Part shown: in pieces, positions 1-10,500 of the stretch | Layout of the letters: each line of letters begins with the position of its first letter | Numbering within the stretch: the first letter of the stretch is position 1 | DNA from: a bacterium | GTDB lineage: Bacteria; CLD3; SB21 | Assembly (NCBI GenBank): GCA_013360215.1 | Contig: JABWCP010000005.1 | Span: 1-64,000, forward strand | Reading direction: 5' to 3' | Length of the DNA: 64,000 nucleotides | The notes under the pieces: generated by a model | Seen by the model: only the letters and a program-made list of their open reading frames with translations | The model's database searches: none | What the model was told of the DNA's origin: nothing | Made by a program: the position numbers and the translations under genes

Positions 1-620
1 ATTTGCGCCCATTCCAGTCGCGCATCCGGTCTGCAGTGCCGTTGCCAGGCATACGCCGGTTTTTTCTTTAAACGATCATAAAACATCAACCCGGCAGCCG
101 ATCCTCCAAGATCGCCGGTTACCGCGATCACGTCCCCGATACGGGCATCGCTGCGAAGCCATGGTCTATTTCTTTCAGCAACGTTTCCGATTAAAGTAAC
201 CGTTATCGAAAACGCAGAACTGCGCGAAATGTTTCCGCCGACAATTTGTACATTATAATTCCGGCATGCTTTTGTTATCCCGCGATACAACGCATGTATA
301 CTTTTAGTACGCGTCTGCGAATCCATTTGAAGCGCGATCACTGCAAATGAAGGGTCTGCACCCATGGCCGCGATATCACTGACATTGACGGAAATACTTT
401 TATAGCCAATATCTTCAAACGTCATATATCGCCGGTCAAAATGAATCCCTTCGACCATTGCATCCGTCGTGATAACTTGTTGTTTTGCCGATGACCGCAC
501 CCATGCCGCATCATCGCCTATGCCGCAAAGAACATTTTTTCCGGCCGGATAGCCCGACTCCAGAATCGCGTGTAACTGACGAATCAGGCTAAATTCGTCG
601 CCCGTTTTTTTTGATTTCAT
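1..620 (-). CDS. thiL: Thiamine-monophosphate kinase (5' part; runs off the left edge)
   Basis: Manual minus-strand translation from ATG at 620: MKSKKTGDEFSLIRQL...GIGDDAA...VITTDAMVEGIHF...DIGYKSISVNVSDIAAMGA. These are hallmark ThiL motifs. Not in the ORF track because it is truncated. Confidence 0.95.
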   Translation of the reverse strand, partial: MKSKKTGDEFSLIRQLHAILESGYPAGKNVLCGIGDDAAWVRSSAKQQVITTDAMVEGIHFDRRYMTFEDIGYKSISVNVSDIAAMGADPSFAVIALQMDSQTRTKSIHALYRGITKACRNYNVQIVGGNISRSSAFSITVTLIGNVAERNRPWLRSDARIGDVIAVTGDLGGSAAGLMFYDRLKKKPAYAWQRHCRPDARLEWAQ

Positions 621-724
621 CAGGCGGCAATATACGGGTAGGGGCTTTTTATAGCAATTATTTTATGCGTTTTAAAGCAATAAAACCGATTAAAAATCAA
701 CCCGTTAAAAGTCGTGATTTCCCA

Positions 725-767
725 TAAAAAAACGCGGGCTCGCCTGAAATGATGGGTGAGCCCGCGT
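725..767 (-). terminator. Rho-independent terminator downstream of the 804..1418 gene
   Basis: ACGCGGGCTC (732-741) and GAGCCCGCGT (758-767) form a perfect inverted repeat, with an A-run on its left (U-tract on the minus strand). Confidence 0.8.
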
Positions 768-803
768 ACGTATTCTCGAGATGGGATCCGAGTTCAGTAA
801 AAA

Positions 804-1418
804 TTAATCAAGGATATAATCTATCGTACCGATAAGCTGTTCAAACTCCTTACTGTATTTGTCCATCGTGGTTTGAGGGCCGACCGCTTTGAGAAACCAA
901 GGACCATTGGGCGCCTCGACGATAGCGGCCCACATCGCATAACCCGGCGTTTCATCCACCGGGCCGCCCATTTGACCGGCCACACGCGGTTTCATATAAT
1001 TACCGCTCACACGAACAATCGTTATTTTGAGTTTGTTGTTTTCTGTATTTTTGATTACGGCTTTACTTTGAGTATCGCTGCCGTCCGGTTGTTTAAACTG
1101 CCCGTACCAACGCGAAAGATTGGCATCAACGGATCCGCCGGCACCGGGAAAATAAGACAGTACAAGTTCCGCGTCATCTTCCGGTTTACTGCCGGGAAGA
1201 CGGTACTGCTCCTTACGCATCGAATTGGTCGGCGTTTCAGACTTCCAAACTTCAGGGGCTTTAAAAACTACATGGCCCGGCGCATTCATATCAATATTTG
1301 CATGCGGATTTCCGGCATGGGGATTACCTGCGGGCGCATTTTCGGGAGCCGGTTTCGGCCCGGGTTTGCAACTCACTATCGTCATTACGAATACAACAAA
1401 AATCACTATGTACTTCAT
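804..1418 (-). CDS. Uncharacterised lipoprotein (possibly PsbP/Mog1-like fold)
   Basis: Signal peptide with lipobox-like IVSC, Pro/His-rich linker (GNPHAGNPHAN), then a globular domain (AP..WK...SMR...Y; ANL.RW.GQF; GPWFLKAVGP). Confidence 0.65.
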   Translation of the reverse strand: MKYIVIFVVFVMTIVSCKPGPKPAPENAPAGNPHAGNPHANIDMNAPGHVVFKAPEVWKSETPTNSMRKEQYRLPGSKPEDDAELVLSYFPGAGGSVDANLSRWYGQFKQPDGSDTQSKAVIKNTENNKLKITIVRVSGNYMKPRVAGQMGGPVDETPGYAMWAAIVEAPNGPWFLKAVGPQTTMDKYSKEFEQLIGTIDYILD

Positions 1419-1496
1419 AAGCTAACTCCAAAATCATTTTTCTTTGTGTGCATTGAGAGTATAAACAAAATTGAGGATTGGAAACAAGTATTATCG

Positions 1497-2615
1497 TTAA
1501 TCACTGGTTTTACGATAACGAATGACAGCCAATGTAAACATAGTGAAAGCTAAACCTATCAACGCGGAAACATAAGGAATTATATCCTGCAGCGGCGCGC
1601 CTTTGAGCAACACCTGCCGCAGTATGCGAATAAACAACGCTACCGGATTGATCCACATGGTCTGTTGCGCCCATAGCGGCATACTGTCAAGCGGCGTAAA
1701 AAGCCCGCCCATCAACATAAAAATCACCATAAAGAACCATGCGATAAACATCGCCTGCTGCTGCGTTTCTGTAACCGTCGAAATAAAAAGACCCAGCCCC
1801 AAAACCAATATCAGATAGATAATCGTGATGCCAAAAACCAGCGGTAATCCGCCGAGCATCGGCAAATCAAACACTAAGCGGCCAATAACCAACCCCATAG
1901 CCAATTCAAATAATCCGATGATGAGAAACGGTAGCAGTTTTCCTATGATGAATTGATGTTTTTTTATCGGCGTTACGTTGATTTGTTCGATCGTACCGAT
2001 TTCTTTTTCTCGCACAACGTTCATGCCTGACAAAAACAGACCGATCATCGTTACCAATGCCACAAGTATGCCGGGTATCATATAATGTTTATAATTCAAT
2101 TCCGGATTATACCAATTTCTGGCGATTATTTCGATGCGCTGCGTCGTGCCCTGAGTCGGCTGAAAAGGCACGGTCTGTCTCGTAAAATCCTGAATGATCT
2201 GAGCCGCATACGACTGAATCACGCCGGCCGTACTTCCGTCTTCGGAATTGATCACCAGTTGCAATTTCGCCGTCGCTCCCGTGATCACATCCTTTTCGAA
2301 AAAAGCTGGAATTTCAACGATCAAACTGGCTTCGTTTTTTAAAACGGATCCTTCCGCTTGCGCATAATTGGTCGGCATGTCCGTGAGAATAAAATGATGC
2401 GTTGACGTAAAACGCTCGATCAGTTGCCTTGACAAATCCGATCGGTCGCGATCGACGATTTGAAATTTTACATTCTTCACATCGAATGTCGCCGCATTGG
2501 AAAGTATCAACAGCTGAATGAAAGGCATAACGAAAATAATAGGCAACATACCTTTGTTCCGAAAAATCTGAAGAAACTCTTTACGCAAAATAAATCGAAT
2601 CGTCCGCATCGTCAC
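1497..2615 (-). CDS. ABC-2 type transporter permease (YbhR-like)
   Basis: KEFLQIFR N-terminus, REKEIGTIEQINVTP motif, several TM helices. Confidence 0.92.
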   Translation of the reverse strand: MTMRTIRFILRKEFLQIFRNKGMLPIIFVMPFIQLLILSNAATFDVKNVKFQIVDRDRSDLSRQLIERFTSTHHFILTDMPTNYAQAEGSVLKNEASLIVEIPAFFEKDVITGATAKLQLVINSEDGSTAGVIQSYAAQIIQDFTRQTVPFQPTQGTTQRIEIIARNWYNPELNYKHYMIPGILVALVTMIGLFLSGMNVVREKEIGTIEQINVTPIKKHQFIIGKLLPFLIIGLFELAMGLVIGRLVFDLPMLGGLPLVFGITIIYLILVLGLGLFISTVTETQQQAMFIAWFFMVIFMLMGGLFTPLDSMPLWAQQTMWINPVALFIRILRQVLLKGAPLQDIIPYVSALIGLAFTMFTLAVIRYRKTSD

Positions 2616-3712
2616 TCCAATCGGATTTTAAATTTTCGCGCACTGATGGTCATGAGTAAGAGTGTCATACCCGCGAGCACCAGGGTTTCTTTCCACAGAT
2701 ATTCGATACCAACGCCTTTGAGCATGATACCTTTGACGATAATGAGAAACCATTTAGCCGGAACAATATTGCTAAAAATCTGAAGTGGCACCGGCATACT
2801 CGAAACCGGAAAAATAAACCCGGAAAGAATAATAACGGGCAGCATCAGTCCGGCCAACGATGCCATCATAGCTACCTGTTGTGTACGGGCAATCGTAGAA
2901 ATCAGTAACCCAAGCGATAAAGCCGTCATGATAAAAAGTAACGCCTCCGCGTAAAAAAGCGCGTAACTGCCGCGAAACGGCACTTCGAAAACAAATCGTG
3001 CCAGCAAAAGAACTGTTGAAGTATTGACCAAGGACAACAATAAATAAGGCAATACTTTTCCGACGATGATCTGTATCGGTCGCAGCGGGGAAACCAATAA
3101 AATCTCCATCGTTCCGAGTTCCTTTTCGCGAGTGATGGTGATGGAAGTCATCAGTGCGGATATCAGCATCAGCAAAAGCGCAATAAGCCCCGGGACAAAA
3201 AGATATACGCTGCGCATCTCCGGATTGAAAAGCATTTTTACTTCAGTGACTATCGGCGTCAAGGCATGCGGATTAAGATTCGCCGAATAATCCCGGATAA
3301 TGGAAGTCGCGTAGGCCGTCAACGTCGTAGCCATATTGGGTTCCGTCGCATCGGTGATCAGTTGTATATTCGCTACACCTTCGTGATACAAACGCGCGGT
3401 AAATTGCGGTTCAAAAACCACAGCCATCTTTACGTCGCCGGTTTCAAATGCCGGCGCTATTTGATCGTCGTGCGTCAGTGTTTGAACATTTTGAAAATAA
3501 CCGGATGATAAAATTTTTTGAGTGATTTCCTGTGAACGCGCATCGTGGGCATGATCCAGTATGGCAATGCGCGCATCATTGATTTCATTACGAATGGCAA
3601 AGCCGAATAAAATCATTTGAATGACAGGCATACCAAAAAGAATCAATACCGTTCGTTTGTCGCGAAGGATGTGAAAGAATTCTTTGACGATAAATGCGCG
3701 AAAGCTTTTCAT
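2612..3712 (-). CDS. ABC-2 type transporter permease (YbhS-like)
   Basis: KEFFHILRDKR, REKELGTMEILLVSP, SGFIFPVSSMP. Overlaps both neighbours by 4 bp. Confidence 0.92.
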   Translation of the reverse strand: MKSFRAFIVKEFFHILRDKRTVLILFGMPVIQMILFGFAIRNEINDARIAILDHAHDARSQEITQKILSSGYFQNVQTLTHDDQIAPAFETGDVKMAVVFEPQFTARLYHEGVANIQLITDATEPNMATTLTAYATSIIRDYSANLNPHALTPIVTEVKMLFNPEMRSVYLFVPGLIALLLMLISALMTSITITREKELGTMEILLVSPLRPIQIIVGKVLPYLLLSLVNTSTVLLLARFVFEVPFRGSYALFYAEALLFIMTALSLGLLISTIARTQQVAMMASLAGLMLPVIILSGFIFPVSSMPVPLQIFSNIVPAKWFLIIVKGIMLKGVGIEYLWKETLVLAGMTLLLMTISARKFKIRLE

Positions 3713-4464
3713 AATTCTTTACTTTGCTGCGGTCTTGCAAGGCGGATAAACACGTCGTTCATAGATTTTGCCTCAAACGTTTGCTTCAATCCGCGCGGCG
3801 TGTCCAGCGCAGCCATGCGCCCGTCCACCATGATCGACACGCGATCACAGTACTCCGCTTCGTCCATATAGTGCGTGGTTACAAATACGGTGACACCGCG
3901 ATGCGCCGCTTCGTAGATCATATCCCAAAACTGACGCCGTGTGATCGGATCCACACCACCGGTCGGTTCGTCTAAAAAAACGATGGCCGGATCGTGTAAT
4001 AATGCCACCGAGAAAGCCAGCTTTTGTTTCCATCCCAAAGGCAACTCGCGCAGCATAGTCCTGGCTACATCATGCATGCGCAGACGATCCAGTAGCATTT
4101 CGCTTTTGGTACGTATCGCCGCGTCGGATAAACCGTAAATACCGCCGTAAAAGGTGATATTTTCCTGCACGGTCATATCTTCATACAGCGAAAACCGTTG
4201 ACTCATGTAGCCGATATTTTTTTTAATGCTCTCTGTTTGCGTATAAACATCATACCCGGCGACTTGTGCCGTACCCGACGTAGGCGCCAATAATCCGATG
4301 AGCATTCGCATCGCGGTGGTTTTACCGGCCCCATTGGCGCCCAAAAAACCGAAAATTTCACCGCGACCGACATCAAACGTAATCGCATTGACAGCGATAA
4401 ACGAACCAAAGCGTTTAGTCAAATCACGAACCGTAATTGCCGCATCGGATTTATTGGGTTTCAT
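3709..4464 (-). CDS. ABC transporter ATP-binding protein (YbhF second-domain-like)
   Basis: Walker A GANGAGKTT, Walker B FLDEPT, degenerate signature LPLGWKQKL. Confidence 0.93.
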   Translation of the reverse strand: MKPNKSDAAITVRDLTKRFGSFIAVNAITFDVGRGEIFGFLGANGAGKTTAMRMLIGLLAPTSGTAQVAGYDVYTQTESIKKNIGYMSQRFSLYEDMTVQENITFYGGIYGLSDAAIRTKSEMLLDRLRMHDVARTMLRELPLGWKQKLAFSVALLHDPAIVFLDEPTGGVDPITRRQFWDMIYEAAHRGVTVFVTTHYMDEAEYCDRVSIMVDGRMAALDTPRGLKQTFEAKSMNDVFIRLARPQQSKEL

Positions 4465-5371
4465 GTTGCTCCATCAATGCCATAAACGAATCTTCGATGG
4501 TCGGTTCGGTGCGCATCACTTCGACATCATCAAATCCCTCCGTCCTCAGTTCATCACGTAATTGCTGTTCGGAAACCCCGGGACGCCGATCCGTGTAATG
4601 CAAAAATTCGCCGAACGGAAAAATAGATTGTGTTTCCGCAGATCCGCGCAAATGCTCCATCAAAAGATAGGTCTTACGACTTTTGATCGCATACAGCGGC
4701 GAACGAAATTTTCCCACCACATCGGCCGGTGTGTCGATATCCAAAATTTTACCGCTTTGAATCAATGCGATACGATCACAAAGCCCGGCTTCATCCATGT
4801 AAGGCGTGGATACGATGATGGTAATACCTTTGGTCTGGAGCCGTTTGAGCATGTGCCAAAACTCTTGCCTTGAAACAGCGTCAACACCCGTGGTCGGCTC
4901 ATCCAAAAAAAGAACTTCCGGCTTGTGTATCAACGCGCAACTCAAGGCCAGTTTTTGTTTCATGCCGCCGGACAGCTGGCCTGCGCGGCGTTTTTTGAAC
5001 GGTTCGATCTGAACATAGATGTCGCGAATGAGATCGTAGTTTTCCTGAATAGAGGTGCCAAAAACCGATGCAAAAAATTGTAGATTTTCTTCTACACTGA
5101 GATCCTGATACAACGAAAAGCGACCCGGCATATAACCTAATCGTTTGCGCAATTCCCTGAAGTCGCGAACAACGTCCAATCCGCTCACGGTGGCGCGGCC
5201 TTCGTCGGGTATCATCAGTGTTGTCAGAATGCGAAATAACGTACTTTTTCCTGCGCCATCCGGTCCGATAAAACCAAAAAGTTCTCCGGCTTTGACCTGA
5301 AAACTCAGGCTTGTAATCGCTGACGTTTTGCCAAATCGTTTCGTGAGATGATCCGCTTCGACCGATATCAT
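4451..5371 (-). CDS. ABC transporter ATP-binding protein (YbhF first-domain-like)
   Basis: Walker A GPDGAGKST, signature LSGGMKQKL, Walker B FLDEPT. Confidence 0.93.
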   Translation of the reverse strand: MISVEADHLTKRFGKTSAITSLSFQVKAGELFGFIGPDGAGKSTLFRILTTLMIPDEGRATVSGLDVVRDFRELRKRLGYMPGRFSLYQDLSVEENLQFFASVFGTSIQENYDLIRDIYVQIEPFKKRRAGQLSGGMKQKLALSCALIHKPEVLFLDEPTTGVDAVSRQEFWHMLKRLQTKGITIIVSTPYMDEAGLCDRIALIQSGKILDIDTPADVVGKFRSPLYAIKSRKTYLLMEHLRGSAETQSIFPFGEFLHYTDRRPGVSEQQLRDELRTEGFDDVEVMRTEPTIEDSFMALMEQHETQ

Positions 5372-5766
5372 AGTTTGGTATTATCCGCTTGGTTTTTCAC
5401 AAAAACATAATACCCGATCAGAGAAATAATGCCCCACACTATCCATCGGAAGCCCATCGCTGCAACGGTTCTTTTTTCGTAGGCCAAACCCGATGCGATA
5501 TGTATTCCTAATAAAACAAAAATCACACTCGTCGTAATAAAGATGTAAACGCTTAGTTTGTAGGCTACGCGCGGATCAATCCACACATACAGACTTGCTG
5601 CGACATAGATAAAACCTGAAAAAAAATTAAACCAGACAACCCAAGGTATGACTGTTCCGAAAACACCCGCATTAAAAAAAATGGCAGCGCCGCCCGCCGT
5701 GATGGTCGCCAGTCCAAAGATGGCCGCCGACAACGAAATAAGTAATTTTGTTATTAACGGTTTCAT
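5368..5766 (-). CDS. Small 4-TM membrane protein of unknown function
   Basis: Four hydrophobic segments, VVWFNFFSGFIY and YEKRTVAAM.FR motifs. 4-bp overlap with the ATPase gene. Confidence 0.75.
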   Translation of the reverse strand: MKPLITKLLISLSAAIFGLATITAGGAAIFFNAGVFGTVIPWVVWFNFFSGFIYVAASLYVWIDPRVAYKLSVYIFITTSVIFVLLGIHIASGLAYEKRTVAAMGFRWIVWGIISLIGYYVFVKNQADNTKL

Positions 5767-5796
5767 TTTAAAAAACTTCTAATCATTCACCTGACT

Positions 5797-6684
5797 TTAT
5801 TGAAAATACATTTCGCCCGGCATCCCGATTTTCAAACTGCCATCGTTTTGAACTTTTACTTTGATGGCGTACACCATATTGACGCGTTCCTCTTTGGTCT
5901 GAATAATCTTCGGTGTAAATTCCGCCTTAGAGGCAATCCAAATCACTTCGCCTTCGAGCGAGCGATTGTCCGTAGCGTTGTCATCTATCGCGACTCGCAC
6001 TTTTTGACCTATTTTTACATGCGGCAGCTGATCACCGCTGATGTACGCGCGCAAATGCATCACACGGATGTCGGCAATTTTATAAAGCGGTTTGCCAAAG
6101 GATACGATCTCATACGATTGTACATATTTAGCCAATACGGTTCCCGATATCGGATTGATAATGAGACTTTTTTGTATTTGATCGTTGATCTGACGTATCT
6201 GCGCATCCAACCCGGCCAGTTCCGACAATACGCCGGCATTTTGTGCTTCCGTGGAAGCGATTTGTTTTTCGATCACACGCACCTGGCCTGTGATGTCATC
6301 CATTTGTTTCTGCGTCGCTACTTTTTCACGATAGAGATTCTCAATACGCGTTTTTTCCGTCATGGCCACACGGCGCTGCTCCTGCAGTACTTCCATTTGC
6401 GCAAGGACGTTATCTGATCGGGCGGCTACACTTTGTTTGGACGCGACCAATTGTATCCGCTTCAGCGCCAGTTGTGTGGTATCAATACATCCGACGCGTT
6501 GTTGTTCGGTCAAAGTGATCCCCTCTTCGACATCAAAAAAAAGCAGCTTTCCGCCGGCTTCAGCAGCAATCAAAGTTTCGACTGCTTCAAAATTACCGTA
6601 CGCATCGGCCATGTTGTTTTTTTTGGAACACGCCGTCAGGGTTATTAAAAATAATGTGATCGTTATAAAGGTTTTCACATGCAT
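5797..6684 (-). CDS. HlyD-family efflux periplasmic adaptor (YbhG-like), lipoprotein
   Basis: Lipobox LTAC, GNFEA, coiled-coil hairpin, AEFTPKIIQTKEER and LKIGMPGE motifs. Confidence 0.93.
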   Translation of the reverse strand: MHVKTFITITLFLITLTACSKKNNMADAYGNFEAVETLIAAEAGGKLLFFDVEEGITLTEQQRVGCIDTTQLALKRIQLVASKQSVAARSDNVLAQMEVLQEQRRVAMTEKTRIENLYREKVATQKQMDDITGQVRVIEKQIASTEAQNAGVLSELAGLDAQIRQINDQIQKSLIINPISGTVLAKYVQSYEIVSFGKPLYKIADIRVMHLRAYISGDQLPHVKIGQKVRVAIDDNATDNRSLEGEVIWIASKAEFTPKIIQTKEERVNMVYAIKVKVQNDGSLKIGMPGEMYFQ

Positions 6685-6687
6685 CTC

Positions 6688-7311
6688 CTAAACCCGTAAA
6701 CCATTGAGCACCAGCATGGTGACCTGCGCTTTACGGCGTTCTATAAATTCATTGAATTGTTTTTCGTCCATACTGAAAAAAAACTCGACCATCGGTTTGG
6801 CAACAAAAGGAAAAACACATTGGCTTAAAATACTAAGAAGCAATTGCTCCGGCTCGATCGGGATATAGCGTCCATCTTCGATGCCTTCGCGTATTTGACG
6901 TTTGATGACATCTAGCTTAGGTACTATACCGCGTTCCTCAAATATGCGCCGCATACGCTCGGGGTTGGTCGTCATTTCATGTAAAACGAAACCGGGAATG
7001 AAGCGATTGTTTTTTATAAAGTCGATATAGGTGTGAATCAGTTTTTCGATTTTTTGCTCCAGTGGTGCTTCGGAATTGATCATATGTAAAACGAGAGGAA
7101 AAAAACGTGAGATCGCCTCTTCAAAAACAGCTTGAAACAAACGGTCTTTGCTGCGGTAATAATAATGCAAAAGTGCTTTATTGATGCCGGCTTCGTCGGC
7201 TATTTCCTGCATCCGGGCGCCGTCAAAGCCTCGACGATGAAATATGGAACGAGCGGCTTTGATGATCTTGTTTTCTGCTGAATCTTGTTCTGTTTTTATG
7301 TTTTGATCCAT
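6688..7311 (-). CDS. TetR/AcrR family transcriptional regulator
   Basis: HTH segment FHRRGFDGARMQEIADEAGINKALLHYYYRSK. Confidence 0.95.
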   Translation of the reverse strand: MDQNIKTEQDSAENKIIKAARSIFHRRGFDGARMQEIADEAGINKALLHYYYRSKDRLFQAVFEEAISRFFPLVLHMINSEAPLEQKIEKLIHTYIDFIKNNRFIPGFVLHEMTTNPERMRRIFEERGIVPKLDVIKRQIREGIEDGRYIPIEPEQLLLSILSQCVFPFVAKPMVEFFFSMDEKQFNEFIERRKAQVTMLVLNGLRV

Positions 7312-7354
7312 TTTAAATATTGATAATAATAAACTTAAATTATTAATTAGATAG

Positions 7355-7372
7355 TTTAACTAAACAGTTAAA
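7355..7372. promoter_or_regulatory. Probable TetR operator palindrome
   Basis: Perfect TTTAACT-AAAC-AGTTAAA inverted repeat overlapping the -10/start region of the tetR promoter. Confidence 0.7.
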
Positions 7373-7399
7373 TATATATTATAAACACAGCTGTGTCAA
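7371..7399 (-). promoter_or_regulatory. Sigma70-type promoter of the tetR-efflux operon
   Basis: TTGACA-N17-TATATT on the minus strand. Confidence 0.75.
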
Positions 7400-7567
7400 G
7401 TTTTTTATGTAGCAAACGCTAAAAAACTGTCTTTAGTGTTTATGTTTAATAAAACAATTTAGAAAATTCTATGAATCGGTCTTTCAAGTATAAAACATAA
7501 ATTTTTATGGAAAATGAGGGATATAAATTATTATAATACCCCTATCCAAACCACTTTAAAACTTCTC

Positions 7568-10500
7568 ATGACAAAATACGTTTGGCGGAGCCTGCTTTTT
7601 TTTGAAATTACCCTAATATCGCTGATTTGCAGCGTAACGGCACAGGTGCGTTTTGTTGATCTGGACCGGCTTTCCCTCGAAGAAGGGCTCTCTCAAAGCT
7701 CCGCTATCTGCATGCTACAAGACAGGCAAGGTTTTCTTTGGATTGGCACCGAAGACGGACTTAATCGCTACGATGGGTATTCCATTAAGATTTTCAAAGC
7801 CGATCCGGCAGATTCCGGTGCGTTACAAAATGCTTGGATAACTTCACTTTTTGAAGATCATACCGGTAATTTATGGGTAGGAACCCGCGGCGGGCTGCAC
7901 CGCTACGATGCGGCACGAAACAAGTTTATTTCTATACCGCTGGATAATACCTCATTGTCTGTCTTTGCAATTACGGAAGATTTGCAACACCATCTTTGGG
8001 TTGGCACACAGCAAGCCGGGTTATTCAGAAAATCTGCATCAACGGCCGATTGGCGACAGTATCGTTTTGACCCTGCGGATCCCCGGTCTGTGAGCAGCAA
8101 TGATATTTTTGTTTTATACACGGATGATATCGGCCGTGTTTGGATTGGAACACGAGACAATGGTCTCAATCGCTACGATGCGATGGCGGATAATTTTATT
8201 CGTTACCAACCCACTACAGGAAATCCCTATAGCATCAGCGGCTTATCCATTCGCAGCATCCGTCAGTATAAAACGGAAATCTGGATTGGCACACTCAATA
8301 ACGGGGTCAATCGTCTTGATCCGCTTACCGGACGATTCAATTCGTATCAACCCGATGCTTCCAAACCCGGCTCAATAGCTCATAACAGTATTTGGTCCTT
8401 ATTTGCAGACAGTAAAGGCATTTTGTGGGTAGGCACATTTGGCAATGGTGTTATGCAATATGATCCTGCCGGGGATAGCTTTGTTCAAATTCAGTCCAAA
8501 CCTTCCTCAACACCGCGCAATGATCAAGTCGTAGTTTCTATTCTGGAAGACCGCAGTGGCATGATGTGGTTTGGCACTATCGGTGATGGGTTACGCAAAT
8601 ACCTTCGTATCAAAGACCGCTTTCAATTTATCAATGCACACCCCAATCCTAAACGCGGTTTACCGGATAATATGATCTGGTCACTGCACGAAGATCGGCA
8701 ATCCAACATATGGATCAGTACTCAAAAAGGCATCACGGTCTATAACCCCAAAAAAGAGGTTTTTTCTCAATATACCAACCCGCGAAGGGAAGCGTGGAAG
8801 CTCGGCGAAACAGCCTACGCAATGGCACAGGACAGCAATGGTGTGATTTGGTTTGCGACGTTCGGAGACGGTCTCAAACGGTTTGATCCGCGCACACAGC
8901 GCATTTCAGCGTTTCAAGTTAATAAATTTTCGCCGGGCGGAATTCCTACAAATAATATTTTAGCACTATACGTTGACCACGAAAACGTACTTTGGGTTGG
9001 TACGTATGACGCCGGGCTTCTCCGATTAGAACCCGGAAACAGAACTTTCAAAGTTTTTAAGAAAAAAGAAAAAGATTCAACTTCTCTGCAAGACAATCAG
9101 GTGCGTACTGTTTTCGAAGACGCGCGCGGCGTTTTATGGGTAGGCACGGCGCAAGGCGGGTTACATCGTTTCGACAGAAATTCGTCTACGTTTAAAGTAT
9201 ATTCGACGCAAAGTCCGGGACTGAAACGTCTTCAAAATAATTTTGTCAGCGCCGTATCCGAAGACAAAGACGGTAGTCTGTGGGTGGCCACCTACGGAGG
9301 ATTGCACCGGATGAACCGCGAGACAGAAACATTTATTTGTTACTCCGAAAAAAACGGACTCGCAAGTAACCAAATATACGCCTTGATCAAAGATCAGCGT
9401 GGCCGTTTTTGGATGACCACCAGCCACGGATTATCCGTACTGGATCCGCACGATGCCGTACCTGTATTTCGAAACTATACATCGCACCACGGCCTGCAAA
9501 GTGATGAGTTTAATATGGGCGCGGCGATTCGCAATGTATCCGGAACGATCATGGCCGGCGGTGTGAGCGGCGTGGTGATTTTTCATCCGGATAGCCTCGA
9601 AAGTAAAAAATACGATGTCCCGGTGGCTATCACGGCCGTGCGTGTTGCCAATCGCATGTTGGAGCACGAACCTTGGGATGACAAATATACGACGCTTCGG
9701 CATGATCAATCTACCTTGGCTTTTGAGTTTGCATCGTTTGATTTTTCTTTTCCAGAACAGAATAAATACGCCTATCGCCTTGAAGGATTTGAAACGGAGT
9801 GGTCCGATGCTGATGCATCACGACGTACGGTCAATTATACCAATCTTGATCCGGGAAAATATGTTTTTCAGGTACGCGGCACCAATAGCGACGGCCATTG
9901 GAGTGATAAAACGGCCGCATTTCGTTTTGAAATTCTGCCGCCATTTTATAAAACATGGTGGTTCGTCGGCAGCAGTATTTTTCTGATTGTGTTTTTAGCT
10001 ATTCTATTTTATCGAATACGCATCCGCCGCATCGAAAATCAAAAGAACGAATTGGCACGCCAGATAACGGAGCGCACAAGAGAGTTGCGTGAAAAAAACA
10101 GCGAATTGGAACGCGTCAATGCGATACGAAACGAACTTCTGGGCATGGCTGTACACGACTTGCGTAGTCCTATCTCTGCGATACGAAATCTGGTTCAGTT
10201 TCACTTGGAAGCTTTAAAAAATCAAATTAACGATCGTGAAACAGATATGCATGATATGGAACGTGCGCTAAGTTTATCCGATCGCATCAGTTCGACATTA
10301 AATGATCTGTTGGATATTTCCGCTATCGAATCGGGCAAATTATCCATAAACAAACTCCCCGAGAATATCGAAACCATTATTCATGATGCGTTCGAGCTCA
10401 ATCTTCGTGCAGCCGAGCGCAAAGGTACTACGTTAAAATCCGATATCGCACCCAACCTCCCCAAGATTCTTGTGGATCGTATTCGGATCGCCGACGTACT

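Noticed and set aside
873-1553. 226-aa plus-strand ORF, and other long antisense ORFs such as 5800..6417, 23856..24443 and 26578..27309
   Set aside because: Shadow frames opposite well-supported genes, with no family motifs.
3709-4464. Degenerate ABC signature LPLGW as a sign of pseudogenisation
   Set aside because: This is normal for the second ATPase domain of YbhF-type transporters.
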